A DNA stretch of 64,000 nucleotides from Callorhinchus milii. Taxonomy: Eukaryota. Under the pieces are notes generated by a model. The model worked only from the letters and a program-made list of their open reading frames with translations. It made no database searches and was not told the DNA's origin. Of the stretch, positions 24,173-34,742 are shown one piece after another (the first letter of the stretch is position 1; every line of letters starts with the position of its first letter). Location: assembly GCF_018977255.1 (NCBI RefSeq), contig NW_024704742.1, forward strand, positions 89,964,001-90,028,000, given 5' to 3'. A program made the translations under genes and the position numbers.

Positions 24173-26113
24173 GCACTCATACAGTATTGGAGCCAATCAG
24201 ATTGGCCAACTACCAACCATGGCATCCGAAACCATTCGGATGGGATTGCAGATACAATAGACTTTGGCTCAGAGCTGAGATCTCATTGGAGCTGAAGTCT
24301 CACTGACTACCTGATACACAAGGGATTGAGTTGAGCAAATGTAGTTTATGTGATGGGTGTTTGTGACAATGGTCAGGCAGCAGTGATGCTGCTAGACTGC
24401 TTTTTATAATAATAATACTAATAACCCTTACATTGGATATAGCTCCTGATTACATCTTCTAGACTTCTCAAAGAACATACTGTAAATTGAATTGACTGTA
24501 TATGTTTGTGGGCAAAACGCAGCAACCAATTAGACATTAATGCCTCTCAATGTGCTTGATAAATGCAGGAGGTTTGGATGAGGAGGGTTTTAAAGGCAGG
24601 GAGAGAAGATGGCAATGCAAAGTGGTTTGAGAAGCAAATTCCAGAGGACAGACCAATCCGAATGTCAATGAGATTTACAGATAATGGACTGTGAACAGGC
24701 TGAGCTGTAAAGCCTTCAGCCCAACGATTACCATGTCCCATCACATCTGTTATTCAGCTACAGTATGTGTTTGATATTATAAAGCTGACATTGTTTTATT
24801 TCTTTTCCGTACTATAGGTTAGAATTAAAATGTAATCGATGTGGATAACATGTGTTACTGCTATCCACTGGTGTGTATTTTGCATAGCATTGGGCTTGTG
24901 ATCAAACAACTCTCTCAAATGACATCTCATCTGATTACAGTAACTTACACAATCGACCTAAACACAACCAGTAAAGAAGTGTGTGTGCGGGTATGTTATA
25001 AAGCAAAGCAATTTCTCTTCTGAACATATATGTTAAAGTGTTTGTTTGGGTAGGATATGGAAAATAAGATTAATGTTCACAGGAAAAGAAACAGATTAGA
25101 ATTTTAAAAAATGGAATTAAACAATGCGTAATGATGGCAATATCCAGTGTCTGAGTAACATGCACCAGGCAGGTGGCTAATCTCCACATCTTTGGCCTTA
25201 ACTGGTTGCCCTTTATCCATCTAAATCCTTACCGTTAACGGCACCACTCGACTGCACAATCTCAACAACAATTCCCTATCATCTTTCAGCTCATGGCTAG
25301 CTTACTGCCATTAATTTGTGACAATTTTTTGTGTCAGCTAAGATGGAGTATTAACGTGGGCAGGCCCGGGCAGCGATCGACCGGGCTAAGTTTTCCAACA
25401 GTGTCCATAATTTTGCTCCCTCGTGGTTAATAACAGGAGTAGCTCTGCAGCTCTTTTGCTAAGGCAGTCAGGCTTTGTTTTAATCACTACACAAACGTGT
25501 GAGCAGAAGTGATTGTGCTGAGCTGTAACATTTCACAGTGAGTGTCTGGTGAATTCTGCAAAAATCTTGTGTTGCAAACAAACCGCATCGAATATTAACA
25601 AAGAACCAGTTATGTGCCTGTGTGTGTCAAAAAGAAAGACATTTCTCTCAGTAAGCATTGTGTCCCTAAATGCCCTTTGGTAAAGCAATGTCTGCGATTT
25701 TTTGAGGGGTTCCTCTTTCTTTGAGAAAACATTGCTCTGTTAATTTTCATGTCTCCTTCACAGAATGTTCAGGCACTCCCATGTGTTCCTTGATGTTTTA
25801 TATTCTACTTACTCACCTGGAAACCACCATCATTTACACTGACATATTTGGCCATTTAATGAGATTCAAGTTCACTTTGGCTAACAGACTGTGGGAAAAC
25901 TGAAAATAGCATCTTCCAAATTATGGTAAGTTTTTCTCAATAGGATTTGGCTCATGTATGTCACCATATATCACGTAACGCATGAACTATTATCATGCAG
26001 CACTATTCTACAGACAGTAGAATGAGACATTACAATAACAATAATTCCTACAAAAACAGAAGTCGCTGGGAACACTCAGCAGGTCAGGCAGCATCTATGG
26101 AGAATGGAAAGTG

Positions 26114-26151
26114 AGTCAACGTTTCAGGTCCATGACCCTTCGTCAAAACTG
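26114..26151 (-). ncRNA. Degenerate minimal type I hammerhead ribozyme motif in the Penelope terminal repeat
   Basis: Minus strand reads CAGTT-TTGACGA-A-GGGTC-atg-GACCT-GAAACGTT-GACT. The core CUGANGA carries a C>T change. Confidence 0.6.
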
Positions 26152-26670
26152 GGGAATTTTGGAAGGGAGAGGCTTTTAAAAACTAACAGACAGAGGGGAG
26201 GCAGATCAAGGAAGACAAAGGAAAAAATGGGGTAAGGGGCAGGGGATGATGGGTTAAAGAGGTGTTAATGATGCAAAACAAAGGGGAGCTTGCAACAAAG
26301 CAGGGGAAAATGATGTTAATAAGGGGGAGGTGAGTTGTTCCAATAGCGTAGGAGGCTGCGGATGGAGAGGTCTGAGTGTGAGTGGGAGGGAGAGTTGAAG
26401 TGGCAAGAAACCGGAAGCTCAGGGTTGTGCTTGCAGACAGAACGGAAGTGTTCAGCAAATCGGTCACCCAATCTGCGTTTGGTCTCCCCAATGTAGAGGA
26501 GACCAAATCGTGAGCAACGAATGGTGTAAACTACATTGGTGGTAGTACATGTAAATCGTTGTCTCACTTGGAAACTGTGTTTGGGGCCCTGGACATTGAT
26601 ATGGGAGGAGGTGAAAGGGCAGGTATTGCATCTCCTGCGCTGGCCTGGGAAGGTGCCAGGGGGAGCAGAA

Positions 26671-27005
26671 CAATAATAATAATAAAAATAATAATAATAA
26701 TCCTCGCATTTGATATAGCGCTTTTCACGTCAGGAGGATGTCCCAAAGCGCTTCACAGAACACACTGTAAAGTGAATTGACTGTATATTTGTGGGCGAAC
26801 GCGGCAGCCAATTGCGCACAGCAATGTCCCACAAACAGTCGTAGATTGAAAATGAGCAATTTTTTTTATTATTGGTTTTGGAGGGATTATTATTAGGCGT
26901 GTGGAGTAAGGAAACTTGCCCAAGGTTTCGCCCTCTGCCTGGAATTGAACTCAGGTCTCTCACTTGCAAAGCGAGTGCTCTAACTACTGAGCTACAGGAC
27001 TCCAC
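26671..27005 (-). mobile_element. Full-length young tRNA-derived SINE nested in the Penelope element
   Basis: Same head, body and tail as 18520-18843. Splits the Penelope coding relic. Confidence 0.92.
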
Positions 27006-27744
27006 AAACAACTGTTGGTGGTGATGGAGGAATGAACCAGGGAGTCACGGATGGAGCGGTCCCTTCAGAATGCTGAGACGGAAGGGGAGGGAAAAATATG
27101 TTTGGTGGTTGCGTCATGCTGGAGGTGCCAGAAATGGTGGAGAATTATTTGTTGGATGTTGAGGCTGGTGGAGTGGAAGGTGAGGACTAGGGGGACCCTA
27201 TAATGGTTCTGGAAAGAGGGGGAGGGGTGATGGCAGAGGTGCAGGAAATAGGGCGGACACGGGCAAGGGCTCTGCCTACTACAGTGGATGGGAATCCTCG
27301 GTCGAGGAAAAAGGAGGACATTTCAATTGCTCTGGTGTGAAAGGTGACATCATCAGAGCAGATGTGGCAGAGGCGGTGGAACTGGGAAAAGGGAATGGAG
27401 TCTTTACAGGAGGTGGAGTGGGAGGAGGTGTAGTCCAGGTTACTGTGGGAGTTGGAGGACTTGTAAAAGATATCTGTAGATAACCTATACCCCGAGATGG
27501 AAATGGTGAAGTCGAGGAAGGAAAGAATCAGAAATGGACCATGTGAATGTTATGGAGGGGTGGATAGTGGAAGCAAAATTGGTGAATTTTTCCAGCTCAC
27601 TGCGAGAGCAGGAGGCAGCCCCAACATAGTTGTCAATGTATCTGAGGAATAGGTCAGGAAGCGGACCGGAGTAGGCCCAGAACAAAGGGTGTTCCAGGTG
27701 GCCAACAAGCAGGCAGGTGTAGCTGGGACCCGGCGTAGGTTAAT

Positions 27745-28345
27745 TATTGTTAATTCCTACATTTGGTATAAAGCCTTTCAGGTCGGGAGGATGTCCTAAA
27801 GCATGTCCTAAAGGGAGAGAGACTGCGGGATGGAGGTCCAGAGAGTGGGGGGAGATTGGAAGAAGGCCTTCCAATGGTGGGGTGGGAGAGGCGGGGGACG
27901 TGGAGCAGGCTGGAGCCCGTTGAGCAGAGGGAGCGGGTAGGATGGTAGGGGGTTAGGAAGTTGCAGAGGTAGGCGTTGAGCCACACCATGGAGGGTTTTG
28001 AAGGTGAGAACCGGGATTTTGAACTTGAAGCCAGTGGAGTCAGGCGAGGGTGGGAGTGATAGGATCACAGAGCCTGATGCGGGAGAGGACACGGGCTGTA
28101 GAGTTCTGGATGATCTGCAGCCTATGGAGGGAGGAGTTGGGGAGGCCAACAAGCAATAGGCTTGCATAGTCAAGCCTCGATGTAATGAATGTGTGTATGA
28201 GGTTTTCGTCGGCCTGCGGTGTGAGACAACGGCGGAGCTGGGTGATTTTGCGGAGGTGGGGGAAGGCAGAGTGGGTCATGGCATGGATGTGGGGTAGAAA
28301 GGATAGTTGAAGGTCAAACAAGACCCCAAGGTACCGGAGGCTTAG
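27745..28345 (-). mobile_element. L2-clade LINE 3' fragment adjoining the Penelope relic
   Basis: ORF 28040..28321 reads HLRKITQLRRCLTPQ...FITSRLDYASLLLVGLPNSSLHRLQIIQNS. Confidence 0.9.
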
Positions 28346-28493
28346 TAAGGTTTATAATATTAACATTTTAAATTCAGCAATTTTCAAGCTCACCAGTGAT
28401 TACCAATGTAAAAAGCCAACCGAAGAGAATTGGTGCGATATAGAAACCTTATTAAACCCAAGGTTCTATCTGCCTGTTCAGGTGGAAGTTAAA

Positions 28494-28840
28494 GATAATA
28501 ATAATAATAATAATCCTTGCATTTGATATAGTGCCTTGTCACTTTGTTGAGACGTCTCAAACTGCTTCACAGGATGTACTGCAAAATGTAGTGACTGTGT
28601 ATTATGTGGGCGAAATGTGGCAGCTAATTGCGAACAGCGGTGTCCCACAAACAGTCTTGGATTAAGTGACCAAATCGTTATTTTTCTTTTGCTCTCTGAG
28701 AGATTCTTATTACTCCCGGAAAAGTGATCCGTCAATCAACTAACAATCAACGGAAAAGTGATCCATCAATCAGCTCTGGTTCCTATTTACTGCTAGGTAA
28801 ATAGAGGCTTGTGGAATAAGGAAACTTGCCTACACTTTTG
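28494..28840 (-). mobile_element. SINE, longer subfamily, head-truncated, with a small internal tandem duplication
   Basis: TTA tail and SINE body. The motif ggaaaagtgatccRtcaatca occurs twice within 28718-28771. Confidence 0.8.
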
Positions 28841-29493
28841 CCCTTTTGATCCCATGGCATTATTTGAAAAGAAAAGGGAGTTTCTCAACAGTGTCCTGGC
28901 CAAATTCCCAAATAAAATCAGTCATTCACTTCATGGCTGTTTGTGGGACATTGCTGTGTGCAAATCGGCTACTACATTTGGCTATAAAATACACAGTCAT
29001 TATACTTTAGAGAAACTTTGTGAAGCTCTTTGAGATGTTCCTAACATTATAGGCGGTATATCGGATAGAATGATTGTGATTATTAGTTAGCATTTCAGAG
29101 GACAGGCCTGCTTAACCCATTAGGACCAAAACAACCAAATAAATAAATCTAACAGCTTTCACAAGGTAGTTGAAAACAATGAATTCCAGCTTCAATTGAA
29201 AAGGAATGCAGAAAAAGCACATTGCAACAATTAAGAAACAGATTGGTTTTACTAAGACCATTTACGATAGAATTAAAATGGGACAATGTTTTTAAGTGTA
29301 CCAACCACAGTTTCTCTCAGTTTAGTGAACAGATCTGGGTACCGCTTAGGCAACTCACCTATAAAGAGTGAGCGATAAACTAATAAATTGTGAACCATTT
29401 CACATTACAGAGCAGCACTGATATAAACCCGGTGTACCGGATCCATGAAATCCCAATCGATAGCAGGATTAACTGTGCATGTGCACAACAAGC

Positions 29494-29580
29494 CAGTTCA
29501 CTCCCCACACACTGACCAGTTCACTCCCCACACACTAAGAAGTTCACTCCCCACACAATGGTCAGTTCTCTCCCCACATA
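29494..29580 (+). repeat. 23-bp minisatellite, about 3.8 copies
   Basis: Unit cagttcactccccacacactgac with variable last bases. Confidence 0.9.
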
Positions 29581-30043
29581 TAACATTGCCAAACATAGCA
29601 AGATGTTAATATACTACCCCACCTGTCCCCCCGTCTCTCCCCCTCACTCTCTGTCTTCAAGTCCTGCCTCACAACTTCTCCCAGAGTGCCTACATGACCT
29701 TTTCTTCCACCCCCCCTACTGCATGTTCTACCAACTCTGCATAACACTCCGAGATGTTACCCTATATGAAGGATGCTAATTACATGCAGGTTGCTGTTAC
29801 TGTTGTTGTACGCTATCTTCTTGCCTCTATTTTCTTTTCCTTAAAAAAAGAAGCCAGTTTCTGAATTAATCACTGAATTTAAGAATTTTCCCCAAATCTG
29901 TGCAAGTTTAAGACAAGATGATCCATCCTACAGCCTGAGCCTGAGTGGAACTTCAGGCCTGCTGGGACACGAAGATGGTCATTTCCTGCACTGGAAAATC
30001 CTACCACTATTCGGTGGTATCTGTGTAAAGTGCGACGGTTTAC

Positions 30044-30254
30044 CTCTTGCCATCCTTCTGAGTGCCAATCAGGTAGGCAGTCAAAGCGATTGCAGGCTTG
30101 CACATGGTCAGGCTTTGGCTGCATGCAACTCTCATCACCCAGGACCACGGTCTCGTTGCTCTCCCGAGACAGCAGGTGTGTACAGATCACATCCCTGGTC
30201 TGCAGGCCGACCCCACAACTGGCTGAGCAGGAGCTCCACTTCCCAGCTTCCCAC
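30044..30254 (-). CDS. ADAMTSL1: ADAMTSL1 internal exon, 211 bp: TSP1 repeat WEAGKWSSCSASCGVGLQTRDVICTHLLSRESNETVVLGDESCMQPKPDHVQACNRFDCLPDWHSEGWQE
   Basis: Acceptor ttctacag|G, donor GAG|gtaaac. WxxCSxSCG TSP1 motif. Overlaps ORF 29879..30190. Confidence 0.97.
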
Positions 30255-31420
30255 CTGTAGAAAAACCAATAACTAGCAATTACTCATCTGCTCTGGATTA
30301 AAAAAGCAGCAGTGGTATTTTTCACATTTTAATGCAGTAAAAAAAAACTACAACATTTTACAACAGTATCTGGTTATTTTGCAAGAAGCCAGACACCTGT
30401 AGATTTGGAATTCCATGACTAATCCTAACCAAAACCGTCTGCGACTTATTTTATTCAGTGTACTGGCAGGATACCACAGTGCAGGAGAGGCATTCTGTTT
30501 ATTGTGTACATTTGCCAAGGTGTTCTAAATAGCTTGTTATAGCTCATTGCTGTACAGCTGGGCTGTATGTCAATACCTGCTGCACGCAAGAGTTCCCTGT
30601 GTCTCCACTCCTTTTACTGCAAATATACAGGCAGCCCTGATCTGTCAAGTCTGGTCGCAAGTAACTTACAACAAAGCAAACTCGCAGCACAGGCAGGATG
30701 AGAACCGAGAGGCTGGGCTGCACTATGTCTGAGAGCAGATTGATAGCCCGACGTCAGTGATAAGGCTCTTATTGTTTGCCAGCTGAGATGAAGGATATCA
30801 AAGTTTCCACGGAGAAGACTAGATGTTTCAAGATTGTTTCTCTCTGGGGCTCGCTGGGCCACAACCATTTGCCTGTTGTTGCAATCCTCCAGAAAAAAAA
30901 TGCTCGCTCACTTCATGGCTGTTTGTGGAACACTGCTGTGTGCAAATTGGCTGCCGGGTTCATTCACAAAATGCACAGTCGCTATGCTTTACTTTGAATC
31001 ACGTGAAGTGCTTTGAGACGTCCTCCTGATGAGAAAGGCGCTAAACCAAATGTAAAGATTATTATAAAGATTGTAAATATTATTATTGTAGAGTTATCTT
31101 TCTAGACTACTCAGGATTTTGCATGCAAAGTATTTCACCAAAAACCCATGCTGACATTCTCTTGTTTAAGGTCGTGCCCATTCAAATCCTGCTCGTAAAA
31201 ATTTCAATGTCTCTCAGCTTTACCCACACGTACTGGGGTTACACTGAATGTACTGGTGCTAATCATCACATGCTCCATTGCCCACAAATATACAGTCAAT
31301 TCATGTTACAGTATATTCTGTGAAGCGCTTTGAGACTTCTAGAAGACATGAAAAACGCTATATCAAATGCAAGTATTATTATTATTATTAATGCTCCCCC
31401 GAAGAGGATTTACAAATACT

Positions 31421-31740
31421 ACTACTAATAATAATAATCTTTGCATTTGATATAGCGCTTTTCACGTCGGGAGGACGTCCCAAAGCGCTTCACAGAACAT
31501 ACTGTGAAGTGATTTGACTGTATATTTGTGGACAAACGCGGCAGCCAATTGCGCACAGCAATGTCCCACAAACAGTCGTAGATTGAAAATGACCAATTTA
31601 TTATTGTTTTTGTTTTGGAGGGAATATTATTAGGCGTGTGGAGTAAGGAAACTTGCCCAAGGTTTCGCCCTGCCTGGAATTGAACTCAGGTCTCTCGCTT
31701 GCAAAGCGAGTGCTCTAACCACTGAGCTACAGGACTCCAC
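31421..31740 (-). mobile_element. Full-length young tRNA-derived SINE
   Basis: Same family. The head retains the anticodon-like arm CTCGC-TTTGCAA-GCGAG. Confidence 0.92.
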
Positions 31741-32419
31741 TATCTCTATTCCCAGGACATAGATTGTGACACAGTAGTTTCCACCGGTTGGTGTAACACA
31801 CATCTGCTTACCTGCAGATATTGTGAACAATAAATGCTTTATGCATCTTGTTGAGAATACTATACTTTAGATCTGAACAGTTTCATTTCTCGTCACTGTC
31901 TTTCGTCACTCTCTTTCGCCCCTCAAAAAGCATTGTGCTTTATCCTTTACAATTCAAGGGTCGTACAGAATTTATTTCACCCTATGAGAGATGGGGGAGA
32001 GAGATAGGGAGAACAGAGAGAGAAAGAGTCAGGAGGTGAGAAACAAAAGGAAAGAGAGAGAGAGAGAGGTCAAGAAAGGAGAAAGCGAGAGAGAGTGGAA
32101 GTGAGAAAAAGTTCAAAACTTTTTTTTGGTCATCCGGGTGTCTGACACATGCAGAAACCCATCTCCATGCTTAAGCATATCCAAACTAAGCCGGAAATTC
32201 CATGCATCCCACCTACACATGGAAACACCAGAGATAGATTGTTGGAAGGGAATGCGCACTCTCTCCCTGGAGAGACGCATCTTGCTTACCTAATTCTGGA
32301 AAGTATTAGGCACAGGTTGACAAGAGCCTAGGCTTGGGGATCCCAGACTGTGTGTTGCGGTAACTGCTGGAGTCTAACCACATAGCTTCCCATTGATATT
32401 GCTGTCTGGCAATTTATTC

Positions 32420-32630
32420 AAGAGGTGAGAGAGAGAGAGAGAGAGACAGGAGAGAAAGAAGGAGGAAAGAAGAGAAAGAGAGAAAGAAAAAAGCGAGTGA
32501 TGACAAAACAGCGAGAAAGAGAAGGGGAAGCGTGGGGAAGGACTAGGGCGAAAGTGGAGAGAGAGGGAGGGAGGGAGAGTGAAGAGAAGAGAGGGTGAGG
32601 GAGGGGAAAGAGGTGAGGAGAGAGAGCCTG
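32420..32630 (+). repeat. GA-rich low-complexity tract (similar tracts at 31985-32110 and 38780-38940)
   Basis: (GA)n runs and nearly pure purine sequence. Confidence 0.85.
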
Positions 32631-33467
32631 AGAATTGTCATGCTTTGGAACAATGATATTTTAATTTCTCTTGTCACTTGGTCCTCTCTCCCTCTTTCTT
32701 TCTCGCACTCTCTTGAGATTTCCACTTTCAAAATGGAATGACAATTAATCGCAAACTGAAATAATTTTAATGGCACATGGGACAAATCTGCCCTTGGGGT
32801 TTTGCCTTAATGTTTCCACGATCTTAGATAAATATGTCTTGCACAGTTGAGTGCTTAGGCCTAATCTTGCGTCTTAATTCACAGAGCCCATTATATATGA
32901 CACAGAATAAAGCCACTTCAATACAGTATCCAGCAACAATTTGACCTTTTTGATGTCTCCAGGTTTTTTTTATCATGACATTTCTGGAGGAAGTCTTTCC
33001 CAAAATACAGTACGTGCTTCTCTTAAATAATGAGTGCTTTGTTAGGATTAAATATTTTACCTCCCTCCCTCTCCAGATATTTATGATTAATATTGTTGCA
33101 AATCTTTTGGTAACATTAACCTCTAAGGTTAATGCAGGTATTGAGTGCAAACACTGTATTTGATGATAGATTGACAGGGAGACAGAGTCAGCAAAGACAA
33201 ACAGACAGACATTCTTTTCCTGCAATCAACAATCTGCCTTCATCCACGGACCATGCAAGATTATTTCTCCCTGTTTTGAGTTTAGGTTTCCATCAATGCA
33301 TTTCTTTTCCATTGTTTCCTACATCGAACAATTAGCAGAGCAGGATAGAACCTGCAAACAGAGACATAGGTCAAAATATTGAAGTGCTTGTTTCATCTCC
33401 CCTGCCCGATAGTTGGATGAGCATCAAGCCAGTCTGCCCCTGCTCTCTGGAACTTTACCTTGGAATA

Positions 33468-33887
33468 AAAATAATAATCCTTACATTTGATATGGTGCCT
33501 TATCACATCTTAGGGATGTCTCAAATCACTTCACAGGATATAATGTAAAGTTGTTTTGACTGTGTGTTTTGTTGGTGAAATGCGGCAGCCAGTTTGCACA
33601 CAGCAATGTCCCACAAACAGCCATGAAGTGGATGACCAATTTTATTTGGGAGATTGTATGCCAGGACACCAGGAGAAACTCCCTTCTCTTTAATGTCCAC
33701 CTGAACAGGCAAACGGGATGTCCGTTTAATGTCTCATCTGAAGGATGGCATGTCCGACAATGCAACACCCCCCCAGCACTGACTGGAACGTCACCTGAGA
33801 TCTCGTGAGTCCAAGTCCATTGTGGGACTTGACCCCACAACCTTTTGACTCAAGAGATGAGAATGCTACCACTTATCCAGGCTGACA
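33468..33887 (-). mobile_element. Near full-length Deu-domain SINE
   Basis: tRNA-like head, Deu core (tcagatgagacattaaac...ttcaggtggacattaaag) and shared tail. Confidence 0.85.
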
Positions 33888-34164
33888 CATGGAATCCCTC
33901 TGCCTCACTCCCTCCCTCTCTACTTTGAAAGCCCACCTTAAGATATATCTCTTTGAAGGCTCTTTTGGTCAATTTTCCCCTCCACCTATCCTCTTATCCT
34001 CTTCAGCTTCACCAATGGCATCTCTCCACCTCCCCCCCACACCCACACACACACACAGCTCGGGTGCCCAGCTAGCTCTATGAAGTTCTTCGAGATGTCC
34101 TCCTGACATGAAAAGGGCTTAATAACAATAAATTGTATTTTGTATTGAGGGAAAATCTATTTCA

Positions 34165-34742
34165 TCCACCGTCTCCACTTCAAACTTCTCAAACGGTTTC
34201 TCCTCTAGCCCCCACACTGTCTTGTGCAGCATTCCTCAGGTCTCTGTCCTTGGTCCCCTCCTCTTCATTATCTATGTGCTCCCTCTTGGCGACATAATTC
34301 GCTGACACGGGGTCAACTTCCACATGTATGCGGGTGACTCTATCTCTCTGCCTCCACCCTCGACTCCAGGGCTACTGGTATCCTGGCTTCCTATCACATA
34401 GGGGACCAACCTGCCCGCTCCCTCTGCTCAGCGGGCCTCGGCCTGCTTCACATCCCTCACCTCTCCCACCCCACTATTGGCGGGCGGGCCTTCAGCCAAT
34501 CTGTCCCCACCCTCTGCAACTCAATGCTACAGTCCCTGCACCTCGCCTTCTCCCTTACCTCCTTCAAGACCCATCTCAAGACCCTCCTCTTCAACCGTGC
34601 TTTCGAACACCCTGCTTCCCCATTGCCCTCCACCCTCCCCATCCCCGACCCCCAGATCGGATCTGAAACGCTGATTGTCCAGCACCCTGGGACATCCTCC
34701 CGACGTAAAAGGTGCCTTTCAAATGTAATTTTGTTGTTGTTG
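34165..34742 (+). mobile_element. L2-clade LINE, internally deleted fragment
   Basis: Contains an IPQVSVLGPLLFIIYVLPLG...FHMYAGD RT relic (motifs B/C) joined to an L2 3' UTR and (TTG)n tail. Confidence 0.85.

Larger units (their letters stand above)
26050..27731 (-). mobile_element. Decayed, 5'-truncated Penelope-like retroelement (RT C-terminal part, GIY-YIG endonuclease, terminal repeat) with a nested SINE
   Basis: Minus-strand relics read GPSYTCLLVG...LFLRYIDNYVG (RT YIDD-like), DSIPFSQF and CTTTNVVYTIRCSRFGLLYIGETKRRLGDRFAEH (GIY-YIG). Frameshifted and interrupted at 26671-27005. Confidence 0.9.

Noticed and set aside
29494..29580. Short repeats with variable ends resembling a CRISPR array
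   Set aside because: The variable part is only about 5-6 nt, there are no cas genes, and the context is a vertebrate intron. It is a minisatellite.
31660..31740. tRNA-Ala(TGC)-like cloverleaf on the minus strand (also near 18770-18843 and 26930-27005)
   Set aside because: It is the head of a SINE and continues straight into the SINE body and tail. The acceptor and T arms are imperfect.
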